Assembly (NCBI GenBank): GCA_021794355.1
Contig: JAJYRA010000079.1
Coordinates: forward strand, 14,065-78,064
Source: Thermoplasmata archaeon
GTDB taxonomy: Archaea > Thermoplasmatota > Thermoplasmata > Thermoplasmatales > Thermoplasmataceae
Direction: 5' to 3'
DNA length: 64,000 bases
Below the pieces are notes generated by a model, which worked only from the letters and a program-made list of their open reading frames with translations, was not told the DNA's origin and did no database searches. Position numbers and translations under genes: made by a program. Within the stretch, counting starts at the first letter, position 1. Each line of letters opens with the position of its first letter. This document shows, in pieces, positions 28,966-38,927 of this stretch.

Positions 28966-30714
28966 TTAGCTTTTTACCTCCTCAGCCTTTGAAGAATTGG
29001 CGGGAGTGACAGAAACTGCTTCGGCTTTTTCCTTATTAACAACCTCATGCCCTTCGCCAAATATGACCCTCTTTCCTCTCAATGCGGAAAGAATTGCACC
29101 CACTATGAATATGAAGAAGCCTGCTATGAATGCCATTCTCAGGGAGGTCATGAATGATGATGCCAGAGAAGTTGGGAACCATGTTTTTCCTTCCAGCGTC
29201 ACCTTTACTGAACCGGGTATGAGTGTACTGAGTGCTGAAAGGGCCGGGTTTGAAAGTATTGTTCCTACGGGATTATATCCCAGGAAGGCTGAAAACAGTG
29301 CGGAGGTTGGAGGCAGCTTGTCGAATATGGGTATTAACACCGGTGCTCCTGCCGTGGAAAGTGCAGGTCCAAAAGAACCTGGAAGAAGCCTTGTTAAATA
29401 CACAAGCACTATGGTAAAGAATATACCCATGCTTACAGTCTGTCCTGTATTCTGAAGAGTTGCCCTCATTCCGGAAGCGACTCCCCTCAGCTGTGGTTCC
29501 ACTGAGTTCATAACTGCGGTGATGTTCGGTGCTGCAAACATTCCCATTCCTGAACCCATCATGAACAACATAAGAGCGAATGGAACGTAGGCAAAGTTGT
29601 ATGGAAGCGTGGCAAGAAGGAGAAATGCTATGGCACTTATTATCAGACCCACCGTGGAAATCAATCTTGCTCCTATCTTATCTGAAAGTGCACCGCTTAC
29701 AGGCCCAAACACCACAAAACCCAGCATCATTGGAATTGTGTAAATTCCTGCCCAAAACGGGACTGAACTGTAACTGTATCCATGGAGTGGAAGCCATATG
29801 CCTTGGAGGAGGATTATGATCATGAACATCAAACCTCCCATTCCCATGGATTGAAGCATGCTTGCAAAGCTCCCTGTTGCAAAGGATCTGTTCCTAAAAA
29901 GTGAAAGATTGAACATGGGCTGCTCCACGACGGTCTCTATGAAGAAGAATGCGATGAGCATTATGACTCCTACACCCATTGAACCCATGACATAGGGATT
30001 GCCCCAGCCCATACTTGACCCATTATAGGGCATAAGCCCATAGGTTACACCAAGAAGAATCAGGGTTAATCCACCGGCAAATGCTATATTTCCTGGAATA
30101 TCCAGCTTCTGCCTTGTATGCCTTGATGATGTCTCTTTCAGCTTTGCGTAGGACCATATGGTACCTATTACACCCACAGGAACACTTACCAGAAAGACAT
30201 CTCTCCAGTATATTGTTGCAAGAATTCCCCCAAGGATAAGTCCTATTAAGGAGCCGGCGAGAGCCGCGATCTGGTTGAGACCCATTGCCTTTCCCCTCTC
30301 ATTGGCCGGGAAGCTGTCTGTTATGATTGCAGCTGAATTGGCAAATAGGAATGAGGCACCAACAGCCTGTACCATCCTGAAGAGAATTAGTTCCAGTCCC
30401 GCGGTATCTCCCCTGCCAGGTGTAAAGTACAGAAGGATTGAACCAATGGTGAAAACTAAAAACCCTAAATTGAACAGCCTCACCCTCCCAAATATGTCAG
30501 AAAGTCTTCCAAAGGTTACCAGCAGAACAGCTGTAACCATCATATATCCCATTAGTATCCAGAGCAGGTACTGGAAAGATGAACCCAGAAATGGGTTCAG
30601 ACCTATTCCTCTGAATATTGCTGGTAGAGAAATTAATACTATGGTGCTGTTGATAGAAGCCATCAACACACCCAATGTAGTGTTGGATAATGCAACCCAT
30701 TTATACTGGACCAT
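28966..30714 (-). CDS. MFS transporter, DHA2 (EmrB/QacA) type
   Basis: [29 protein letters not shown] motif C; about 14 TM helices. Confidence 0.92.
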   Translation of the reverse strand: MVQYKWVALSNTTLGVLMASINSTIVLISLPAIFRGIGLNPFLGSSFQYLLWILMGYMMVTAVLLVTFGRLSDIFGRVRLFNLGFLVFTIGSILLYFTPGRGDTAGLELILFRMVQAVGASFLFANSAAIITDSFPANERGKAMGLNQIAALAGSLIGLILGGILATIYWRDVFLVSVPVGVIGTIWSYAKLKETSSRHTRQKLDIPGNIAFAGGLTLILLGVTYGLMPYNGSSMGWGNPYVMGSMGVGVIMLIAFFFIETVVEQPMFNLSLFRNRSFATGSFASMLQSMGMGGLMFMIIILLQGIWLPLHGYSYSSVPFWAGIYTIPMMLGFVVFGPVSGALSDKIGARLISTVGLIISAIAFLLLATLPYNFAYVPFALMLFMMGSGMGMFAAPNITAVMNSVEPQLRGVASGMRATLQNTGQTVSMGIFFTIVLVYLTRLLPGSFGPALSTAGAPVLIPIFDKLPPTSALFSAFLGYNPVGTILSNPALSALSTLIPGSVKVTLEGKTWFPTSLASSFMTSLRMAFIAGFFIFIVGAILSALRGKRVIFGEGHEVVNKEKAEAVSVTPANSSKAEEVKS

Positions 30715-30804
30715 AAGTTATCTTTTCTCATATTTCCCCTTGATATAAATACTTAATTCATAATTGATTAAGTTGTGAACTATTAACAACTCTTTTATAT
30801 TGAA

Positions 30805-31359
30805 ATGCAATTACGATATATGTTGGGAAAGAAAGGAACCATAGCGTTGACCGTGGCCCTGCTCATAATATTCTCTGGAATGACCTATGTTACTATATTC
30901 CAGAGCAAGGTCAGTCTTTCCACTTCCACCGGCTATCTTAAGGTAGCATCAGCGACCAACCAAAAACCAGAAATTTCATTAAAAGCACCGGGATGCATCG
31001 ATTTCAACATAACGATCAAAACATCAGCCACTTCCCTGTATATTTTCAGTTTTGGCAATGTTACCATTGGGACTGGCAGTTCCGGTAACATAACAACGAA
31101 TCTTACATCCTTTGAAAATACAAGTTCCACTTACAATTCTCTCACTGTCAACTCAACGGATAGATACAACTACGTAACTGTAACAGACTTCAAGAACAAC
31201 ACAACTATCAACCTTAAATTGAGGGTTTCCCAGGAAGCATTTAACCATATGCAGACATTTAATCCGGAGGATAAGGGAACCATATATATCGTGAAACTGC
31301 TTGTAATTGGGTCCAATAATGGAGCAGATGGAACTGGCTTTGCTCTTGTGAAGTTGTGA
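30805..31359 (+). CDS. Membrane-anchored or secreted Ser/Thr/Asn-rich protein
   Basis: N-terminal KKG then a hydrophobic helix; several N-x-S/T sequons (NIT, NVT, NLT, NTS, NST, NNT). Confidence 0.7.
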   Translation: MQLRYMLGKKGTIALTVALLIIFSGMTYVTIFQSKVSLSTSTGYLKVASATNQKPEISLKAPGCIDFNITIKTSATSLYIFSFGNVTIGTGSSGNITTNLTSFENTSSTYNSLTVNSTDRYNYVTVTDFKNNTTINLKLRVSQEAFNHMQTFNPEDKGTIYIVKLLVIGSNNGADGTGFALVKL

Positions 31360-31502
31360 GGGTTGATATGTCAGACATAGTCAGATATGGATCGGAATTT
31401 TTAAATATTCCACCCCCCGCAATGAGAAAGTATGTATATATTTTTGACGCTATTTTCCAAATATTTATGAACCATAAGTTTTTAACTGACTGAGGGAAAA
31501 TT

Positions 31503-33185
31503 ATGACACGATTTGTATTGATATCCGATAGCACGCTGAGTTATGAGTACCGGAATTTTCCACTTCTTGATTTTTTACCCTGTGCACCAGGAAAGGCAAT
31601 ACCCGAGAGGGTCTACAAATTCTTGAAAGGCCCTGCACCTCCCGCCAAGCCAAACGGAGAGACAGTGTTTGCGCCATATGCCATAAGAAAGCTTGAAGCA
31701 AGCCTCCTGACAAAATACAGAAGGGAGGAGATCGCGGTGGCCCATGAGGACTACCTGGAGAATTTCATCAAGGATGACACCGAAATCATCGCAGTTTCAA
31801 CCATGGACCCGCTGGGCATTGGCCCGACCACCATGTCCTACTACGCCCTGTTCGGTGGAAACCTGGATGCGTGGGTTAGGAGGGATTGGGACCTTCTCAT
31901 GGAGAGAATCAACGTTGTGCGAAAGGGGAAGAAAGCCAAGTTGATCGTTGGAGGTCCGGGGGTATGGGAATTCACCATACTCAGAGATGAAATAGAAAAA
32001 TACCATTATGATTACATATTCTCCGGTGAGGCGGATGATATAGCTCCCATGCTCTTCGATCAGATTTCCAGGGGTGACATAGATAAGAATGTATTTCAGA
32101 CTGGCTATATGTCATATGATGAGAATTTCCACAGATTCACGAAAAATGATCCACTTTTTCTCTCCAGGGGCCTCTCAAAAGCCGCCTATCCAAGGCTTGA
32201 TGAGATTCCAAGAATAGTGGCCCCTTCCATGAAGGGAATGGTTGAAGTGATGAGGGGTTGCGGTGTGGGTTGCGATTTCTGTGAAGTTACCCTGAGGCCT
32301 CTCAGATATGAATCTATCAGTAACATAGTGGAAGAGTTGAAGATAAATGCTGCAGCAGGTTTAACAAACGGATGGCTTCATTCCGATGAATTCTTTGGGT
32401 ATAAGCACGGGAATATGTTTGCTCCCAATGAAGAGGCCCTTTCTGAATTACTGACTGCAGTTATGGACGTAAAGGGGATTAAAACGGCCAATCCCACCCA
32501 TGGTAGGGTGTCAATTCCTGCGGGTTTTCCTGAAATGATGGAGAAATTGTCGAAGATCCTCAAAACAGGACCTAGAAACTGGATCGGTATCCAGACTGGA
32601 GTTGAAACAGGTAGCGATGAACTGGCCAGAAAGCACATGCCAAATAAAACACTTCCACTGAAGATAGGTCCAGACGGCAGCTGGCTTGACATAGTGTGGC
32701 AGGGAGTTTATGTTCAGACAAAGAACTACTGGAGACCGGCTTTCACCCTTCAGGTTGGACAGAATGAGGAAACTGAGAATGATAACTGGCAGACCGTGGA
32801 GATGATAAACAGGCTCAGCAACTCCTATTCTGAGGGTGGAAGGCCCTTCGAGTTTACTGTAACTCCACTGGTAAATGTTCCACTGGGCAGAATAAAATCA
32901 AGATCCCTGAACACCAATATGCTCACGAAGGATATGATGGCCGTTTACTATGCTTCATACAGGCATCTTGCCAAGATGGCCAGAAGGGATGGATTCAGGG
33001 ATACTGATGGCAATTTCCTCTCCAGGCTTGGAACGGGTTCCCTGATTTCAGGAGGGGGATACATGATGATGAAGTACATCGAGAAACGGGCCTTTAAGAT
33101 GGGTGTTGATATAGAGAAGGTAAAGCAATATGGAGTTGAACACTCCAAGGAGATAGGCTCCTTATCAGCACTGGCAAGAGCATAA
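31503..33185 (+). CDS. B12-binding radical SAM enzyme, GDGT ring synthase (GrsA/GrsB)-like
   Basis: RGCGVGCDFC (CxxxCxxC). APYAIRKLEASL, MDPLGIGP, IVGGPGVWE and GVETGS match blocks I recall from Sulfolobus GrsA. Confidence 0.75.
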   Translation: MTRFVLISDSTLSYEYRNFPLLDFLPCAPGKAIPERVYKFLKGPAPPAKPNGETVFAPYAIRKLEASLLTKYRREEIAVAHEDYLENFIKDDTEIIAVSTMDPLGIGPTTMSYYALFGGNLDAWVRRDWDLLMERINVVRKGKKAKLIVGGPGVWEFTILRDEIEKYHYDYIFSGEADDIAPMLFDQISRGDIDKNVFQTGYMSYDENFHRFTKNDPLFLSRGLSKAAYPRLDEIPRIVAPSMKGMVEVMRGCGVGCDFCEVTLRPLRYESISNIVEELKINAAAGLTNGWLHSDEFFGYKHGNMFAPNEEALSELLTAVMDVKGIKTANPTHGRVSIPAGFPEMMEKLSKILKTGPRNWIGIQTGVETGSDELARKHMPNKTLPLKIGPDGSWLDIVWQGVYVQTKNYWRPAFTLQVGQNEETENDNWQTVEMINRLSNSYSEGGRPFEFTVTPLVNVPLGRIKSRSLNTNMLTKDMMAVYYASYRHLAKMARRDGFRDTDGNFLSRLGTGSLISGGGYMMMKYIEKRAFKMGVDIEKVKQYGVEHSKEIGSLSALARA

Positions 33186-34286
33186 TTGGGCCATATAGTA
33201 AAAACACCTGAACCACTGGAATCATCATACGTTCCAGTTTCCCTGGTTAATAGGAGGGAACAGCTTGAAGCCCTGAGGGAGGGAGTGGTATTTCCTGTTG
33301 AAAATGGCGTTTCAAGTAACATGTTCATCTATGGCCAGTCCGGCACGGGAAAGACGGTTACGCTAAAATTTTTATCCGGACTGGAATCCGGATGTTTTTT
33401 TCACTATGAAAATGCCATATCTGCAGGTTCGTTCAAGAGAATCGTTGTCAATCTACTGAACAGCCTTGGAAAACAGATATCTGAAAAACTTCCCTACGAC
33501 TCCATATTCAGGAGCCTGAAAAGATCCACTGAAAAACCGATCATCCTCATAATTGATGAATGCCTGAATCTCGTGAAGACTGATCCTGATGGCCTTTACA
33601 ATCTCCTCAGGGCTGCCGAGATTTATGACATCCATATGGGAATGCTTCTGGCATCCGTGGACAACCCAGCTCTACACATGGCTTCCAGGGAAATTAGAAG
33701 ACTGGGCATATTCAATGAAATGAAGTTCCATAAATATTCCACAGAGGATCTTTACGAAATTGTGGAGGATAGGGGTAGGATATCACTCTTTGACGGTGCC
33801 CTGACTCCCGAAATTATAGAGGGCATCGCATCAATAAGTTCCAGATCCGGAAGTGCAAGAATGGCAATCGAAATATTGCAGAAGGCTGCCTTCATGAGTG
33901 AATATGAAAACAGCAGATCCATCACCATGGAAAATGTCAGGAGGGCATCCTCCATGATCAATCCGTATATCACGCAGAGCAAACTTATGGAACTGGATAT
34001 GAAAGAGCTTTTAATCCTCCTGTCCCTGTGTCAGGTTCTTGAGAAAAATGGGGAGGCTACCATGGATGGAATAACCGATCAGATCCGGATAAATTTTGAG
34101 GCGGGGCATCAGGATCCACCTGATGTGTCCCTCATATATAGGGCAATTCGCCATCTTGAATCCCTTGATATCGTGGAGAGTTCAAGAGAAAGTTCAGGAA
34201 GGAGCACTGGGGTCAAGAAGAGGTTCTTCATGAATGACGTGCCTGTATCCATACTCATAGAGAAGATCTATGAAATAATTGAGTGA
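33186..34286 (+). CDS. cdc6: Cdc6/Orc1-family AAA+ ATPase with winged-helix domain
   Basis: LVNRREQL, Walker A GQSGTGKT, Walker B LIIDE, FHKYSTEDLYEIV.DR, GSARMAIEIL; TTG start directly after the upstream TAA. Confidence 0.85.
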   Translation: MGHIVKTPEPLESSYVPVSLVNRREQLEALREGVVFPVENGVSSNMFIYGQSGTGKTVTLKFLSGLESGCFFHYENAISAGSFKRIVVNLLNSLGKQISEKLPYDSIFRSLKRSTEKPIILIIDECLNLVKTDPDGLYNLLRAAEIYDIHMGMLLASVDNPALHMASREIRRLGIFNEMKFHKYSTEDLYEIVEDRGRISLFDGALTPEIIEGIASISSRSGSARMAIEILQKAAFMSEYENSRSITMENVRRASSMINPYITQSKLMELDMKELLILLSLCQVLEKNGEATMDGITDQIRINFEAGHQDPPDVSLIYRAIRHLESLDIVESSRESSGRSTGVKKRFFMNDVPVSILIEKIYEIIE

Positions 34287-34292
34287 ATATAT

Positions 34293-36293
34293 TCAGAACC
34301 ACCATGACAGATCGGGTGTTTTTTCCTTTCTTAATCTTGAAAAAAGAAAGTCAAATGGCTCAAAATTTCTCATAAGTATTTTTCTGTAAAAATTCCTGTC
34401 TATGCTCCCACCTTCCATATTCACCACCCTTTTTGCTGAATCATTGACTATGACTGCAACAGACTGGCCGGGCATGATGTCCACTCCATCTTCCATTGCA
34501 CTGCTGATAGCGGCTTTCTGGATGTTGTTCACCATGTAATCTGAATAATATTTTGATGGCCTGATCCCTATGGAAAACTGATCGGTAGGAAAATCCCCCA
34601 TATGGTTTATGTAATGATTTTTTATGCCCAGATATTCTGAGTATATGGACTCACTATTTTCTCCTATCCTCAGCTTTCCAAGGATCTTCAGGACATCCTC
34701 CTGTGCTCTTATGACTATGTGCGGGGAGTCTGAACGCCTTATGCCAATACCCCGTACCTTATAGGAACCGTCATATTTCAACCCAAAGTATCTGTTCAGG
34801 GCACCCAACCCAGATCTGGCTGGGAGGAACACCATCCATCTGTAATGCCCGTCCAGCACAATGTTTATGGATGTTTCATTCCTTATCCTATGCAGAAGAT
34901 CTTGTATGTTTCCATTCCCCTGGATGAACAGTGAATCCACGATACCATGTATAATTGAGAACCCCTCGGATTCACTGATCCTCATGGCCCTTTCCAGTGC
35001 CCATCTTCCAACGGACGTGATGGCTTCGTGCATCTCTATCTTCCCGAATCTGGCATTCTTGAATCCTGTGTACCCAAAGGATGTTAAAAGCAACCATTTC
35101 AAAACCCTATCTCTTGATTCGAAATCCTTTCTTATGCCCCTATTGTACTTGCATATGAGCCTCCTTTTAAGAAGTATGTCCAAGGAGGATGGTATGAAGC
35201 CTTTCAGTGGATCTGTGCTGTAAGGGTTGTCCCCCGGTAATTTATACTGTTTTCCCACTCCAATGGTCTCCGGTGACATATTGAAGTGATGCATTATGGA
35301 AGGGTACATGGAAGAGAAGTCTATTTCGTATACGTTCCTGTAAAATCCCGGTTCTGGCTGAAACACGTATCCCCCACGGTCATTCTCCATGAAAACATTC
35401 ATGGGTTTTGGCTCTTCATGATCATCCTTGTCCGTGATTATGAGGATGTTGGATCTCAGGGCTTCATAATTTTCAAGGGATGATACCGCGGTTCCTGGAG
35501 TTACCCTGCATACCGTCTCAGGCGCCAGCCCGGTGATCCTGCTAATTTCAAAAATCCCGTTAAGACCACCTTCCCTGTACATGAATGAGTTCCCGTTTAT
35601 GCACACCTTCCCCCTTATATGCATGGGCGGATCGGAATAGCTCACTCTTCCATAGGATAGAAAGGAGTTTCCACTTCCCCTTGAATAGGGTATCACCCTG
35701 TCCAGCAGGAGTTCCATGCGGTATAGAAACGTTGCCATGTGATCCGTATCATGATAGATTATTATGGGGGAGTACCTGAATGTATCAATAAAATACTCCA
35801 TGGCTTCCCTTTCATGAAGGAATGTCCTGTTATTGATGATGGCCCTCTGCCATGTGTGGTTGTTGTACTCAACATTGCAGGAGAGAACAGGTATCTGTGG
35901 GTCATAATCAAGGGGACTTATGGTATGGAAGAATGAGAGGTTGTTTGAGGCCATTATTTTAAGCCCCGGATCAAGGAGACCGTTATATATCCTGAATTTT
36001 CTGCCATAGCCTATGCCCTTTATAACTTTTATAAACTCCCTCTCCCCCCTTTGATCCACATATATCCTCATGCCTTCCACTGGACCGTATACATCCCTTT
36101 CAACACGGGTCTCATAACATATATTTTCTGCGTCACATAGCTGTCTTTCCAGAAAATCCATGTCAAAGGGATCACCCGTTACAAATATCCAGTTTTTCCA
36201 TTTAATCGGCCTGTAATGAATGGTTCCCCTTTCATATATCCACAGGGTGGGCTGTTTTCCATGAGTCAGGTTGATTATGGTGCCTTCAGTCAT
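34293..36293 (-). CDS. polB2: Family B DNA polymerase, PolB2 (Dpo2) group
   Basis: Motif A YEIDFSSMYPSIM; motif B KWLLLTSFGY; motif C HGIVDS (the PolB2 variant of YGDTDS); eroded exonuclease region. Confidence 0.88.
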   Translation of the reverse strand: MTEGTIINLTHGKQPTLWIYERGTIHYRPIKWKNWIFVTGDPFDMDFLERQLCDAENICYETRVERDVYGPVEGMRIYVDQRGEREFIKVIKGIGYGRKFRIYNGLLDPGLKIMASNNLSFFHTISPLDYDPQIPVLSCNVEYNNHTWQRAIINNRTFLHEREAMEYFIDTFRYSPIIIYHDTDHMATFLYRMELLLDRVIPYSRGSGNSFLSYGRVSYSDPPMHIRGKVCINGNSFMYREGGLNGIFEISRITGLAPETVCRVTPGTAVSSLENYEALRSNILIITDKDDHEEPKPMNVFMENDRGGYVFQPEPGFYRNVYEIDFSSMYPSIMHHFNMSPETIGVGKQYKLPGDNPYSTDPLKGFIPSSLDILLKRRLICKYNRGIRKDFESRDRVLKWLLLTSFGYTGFKNARFGKIEMHEAITSVGRWALERAMRISESEGFSIIHGIVDSLFIQGNGNIQDLLHRIRNETSINIVLDGHYRWMVFLPARSGLGALNRYFGLKYDGSYKVRGIGIRRSDSPHIVIRAQEDVLKILGKLRIGENSESIYSEYLGIKNHYINHMGDFPTDQFSIGIRPSKYYSDYMVNNIQKAAISSAMEDGVDIMPGQSVAVIVNDSAKRVVNMEGGSIDRNFYRKILMRNFEPFDFLFSRLRKEKTPDLSWWF

Positions 36294-36510
36294 CTTCCAA
36301 TTTCCTCATGATCTCCATTATTACGGATAGGAGGAAGGCTGTTTCCGGTGATACTCTGGACAGATCCATCTGGGATGCGTGTATCCTGCCCTTTATGAGA
36401 ATATCGGAAAATATGGACCTATCCTTATCTGGCATTGAGTTTTCCATGGACTTCATTGCCTGTGCAAGGCTTTCCATAACCTGCCTTGATGTGTATGTAT
36501 TTCTCCCCAT
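36286..36510 (-). CDS. Small helical PolB2-associated protein (arCOG07300-like)
   Basis: MGRNTYTSR...DRSIF...H...P.TAFLLSVIME; GGAGGTGA ribosome binding site; overlaps the polB2 start. Confidence 0.75.
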   Translation of the reverse strand: MGRNTYTSRQVMESLAQAMKSMENSMPDKDRSIFSDILIKGRIHASQMDLSRVSPETAFLLSVIMEIMRKLEDD

Positions 36511-36944
36511 TTTGTATCACCTCCCTGCTTATTTTCATAAAAAGCTCTTTTCATTGTATGGTTTGTTCTTGCGCTCAGGGGTGGCTTCCCTATGAACTCA
36601 ACAAAGGCTATCAATCCCATGGAAACAGGCCATATGGCCATGGCGTCAAGCATGTAGTTTACAGATTCCGAGTCCCAGTCTTCAATGGCCCTGCTGTTTA
36701 AAACAATGGCACACGCATTCATTTCCTGGTTACCCATTACCCTTATGAGTTGGTGAGATGTGAGAATCCTCTGAACATTCACATCTTTCCTGGAAAGTCT
36801 GCCCAAAAAGGATGGGGATAACATTATGCCATCGGTTATGAGGAGATTGAGTGATTCTGCACCATCAAATCTCTGAATTATCTGATTCTGAGCTGTCTCA
36901 GAAAATGTATCGTATACCACTATGGACAGCGACCCCCTATACAT
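36453..36944 (-). CDS. Truncated, inactive RadA/RecA-like protein of the PolB2 operon
   Basis: VQRILTSHQLIRV resembles the RadA ARAFT..QL block; no Walker A motif; first gene of the operon. Confidence 0.55.
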   Translation of the reverse strand: MYRGSLSIVVYDTFSETAQNQIIQRFDGAESLNLLITDGIMLSPSFLGRLSRKDVNVQRILTSHQLIRVMGNQEMNACAIVLNSRAIEDWDSESVNYMLDAMAIWPVSMGLIAFVEFIGKPPLSARTNHTMKRAFYENKQGGDTKWGEIHTHQGRLWKALHRQ

Positions 36945-37041
36945 AAAAGTGAAAACTCTTATTTCCCTTAATAAGCTTTGGCATCAGAAAAAAAATGAAA
37001 AAATGTTATTTTGTTGGGAATTCCATGAAGGGAGGTAAAAC

Positions 37042-38103
37042 ATGAACGATGATCTGAAGATCAGGAAAATGTACATAGGCAGTGATGTCACTGAATATGT
37101 ATGTGGCAAAGATGCCATTGATTCAATGAATGGAGGTGGTATTTTCCTTGTTAGTGGAATATTGAGGGATAAGTTTCCAGGGAAAATGAAGAGGCTGGAA
37201 GGTGAAAATGTCATATATATGGATGATGGGGAAGCCGTCAAGGACATAAAGAACTATGAAAATGTATGCAGGAAGCTTGTGGAAAATGACGTGGAGAGGA
37301 ATAGCCTTATAACATACGTTGGGGGCGGTACACTGGGAGATCTTACGGGATTCATAGCTTCCACATACAAAAGGGGACTTAGATTGAGAGCCATGCCAAC
37401 AACACTCCTCTCCATGGTTGACAGTTCCATAGGGGGCAAGAATGGGATAAACTTTTCCGGATTGAAAAATGCCATTGGCACATTCAAGAATCCAGAAGTC
37501 ATAGTGGCTGATACAGATTTTATTGTGGGGAATGAAAATATTTTAAGAGAAGGCCTGGCGGAGATCATCAAACATGGATTATCCCTTGATTACTCCATCA
37601 TAGAAACACTGGGAAAAAATAACATTGAAACCATCTCTAAAGGGAACACGCTGAGGGATCTCATAGTGAAGAACGCAGGAATAAAGGGAGATATCTGTAA
37701 TTCTGATCCCTTTGAACTTACGGAAAAACGATATGTCCTTAATTTTGGCCATACTGTGGCCCATGGAATTGAAGCAGCCTCTGGAAACCGTATCAGTCAC
37801 GGCATGGCCGTGATTTATGGGATGATCTTTGAAATTAAGATGGCCCGGGAATATGGAACCCTGGGACATGATCCATCCACAGTAATAGGTGAACTGCTTG
37901 AAAAATACCACATACAGCTACCTGAGGTGAATGAAAAAATGCTTCGTTCAAGCCTGAGATACATGGTAAATGACAAGAAAGTTAGGGATGGCATGATTAA
38001 CATCCCAATGATCAGTAATCCTGGAGAATCAGTAATTGTAAATATGGAACTTGGGAAAATGAGGGAATTGTTTTTAAAAGTCATGGGCATGATGTCCCGA
38101 TGA
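37042..38103 (+). CDS. aroB: 3-dehydroquinate synthase (bacterial type)
   Basis: VGGGTLGDLTGFIASTYKRG, PTTLLSMVDSSIGGKNG, KNAIGTF, LNFGHT.AHGIE, HGMAV. Confidence 0.93.
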   Translation: MNDDLKIRKMYIGSDVTEYVCGKDAIDSMNGGGIFLVSGILRDKFPGKMKRLEGENVIYMDDGEAVKDIKNYENVCRKLVENDVERNSLITYVGGGTLGDLTGFIASTYKRGLRLRAMPTTLLSMVDSSIGGKNGINFSGLKNAIGTFKNPEVIVADTDFIVGNENILREGLAEIIKHGLSLDYSIIETLGKNNIETISKGNTLRDLIVKNAGIKGDICNSDPFELTEKRYVLNFGHTVAHGIEAASGNRISHGMAVIYGMIFEIKMAREYGTLGHDPSTVIGELLEKYHIQLPEVNEKMLRSSLRYMVNDKKVRDGMINIPMISNPGESVIVNMELGKMRELFLKVMGMMSR

Positions 38104-38927
38104 TATACGGACTTCTTGGCAATCCCATAAATAGATCATGGAGTGAGGTTCTCTTCAACAGGATATTTGAACTGGAAGAAAGTGATCATGTTTATGCAGC
38201 AATCAATGCAGATCCCCATAGCATAAAGAGATTTATGGAAAAGGGAGTGGAAACATTTGGGGGCTTCAATGTGACCATACCCTATAAGGAAGAGATCTTG
38301 AGATATGTGGAAAACAGGGACCCTCTTGTTTGGAAAGCTGGAGTTACCAATGTGTTAAAGAAGGAAGGAAGGGGATTCATGGCTTTCAACACGGACTATT
38401 CCGGTCTTGATTTTTTATTTACCGAAAATCACATAGACCTCAATGGGAAGAGTATTGCCATAGCAGGAACAGGTGGTGTTGCAAGCATACTGATCTATTA
38501 TATCCTTGCAAATTCGAGCCCGGAGTGCCTTCACATTTATTCCAGGAATAGTGAGATAGCGTCCAGAAAGATAAGGGGAACATGGCAGTATGAAAATATG
38601 AAAATAAGGGACTACTCAGAAAATGGGATCTATGATATACTCATAAACTGTACACCCCTTGGAATGCAACATACTGATAGATCACCCTTCACACAGGAAT
38701 TTTATGGAGATAAATCCATTGCTGTGGATCTGACTTACCAGAATGATCGTACAAATTTCATGAGAATTGCAGAAGATCATGGTGGAAGATCCCTTAATGG
38801 ACGGGATATGTTTTTCAAGCAGGCACAGGAAACCTACAGGATATTCTTCATGGATGAATGCAGGAAAGACATTTTCAATCAGGCCAGGGGTGATACCTTA
38901 AGATGGATGACAGGAAACTCCTTCTGA
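38100..38927 (+). CDS. aroE: Shikimate dehydrogenase
   Basis: GNPINRSWS, GFNVTIPYKE, NTDYSG, GTGGVA, INCTPLG, DLTY. Confidence 0.88.
   Translation: MIYGLLGNPINRSWSEVLFNRIFELEESDHVYAAINADPHSIKRFMEKGVETFGGFNVTIPYKEEILRYVENRDPLVWKAGVTNVLKKEGRGFMAFNTDYSGLDFLFTENHIDLNGKSIAIAGTGGVASILIYYILANSSPECLHIYSRNSEIASRKIRGTWQYENMKIRDYSENGIYDILINCTPLGMQHTDRSPFTQEFYGDKSIAVDLTYQNDRTNFMRIAEDHGGRSLNGRDMFFKQAQETYRIFFMDECRKDIFNQARGDTLRWMTGNSF

Noticed and set aside
33186-34286. Replication origin beside cdc6
   Set aside because: There is no intergenic space (0 and 6 nt) and no ORB repeats; the ORB-like TTCCAGTGG hits I noticed (about 21065 and 46296) are inside coding sequence.
34293-36293. PolB as a casposon, viral or protein-primed polymerase
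   Set aside because: The motifs and partner genes fit cellular PolB2; no cas1, TIRs or viral genes are nearby.
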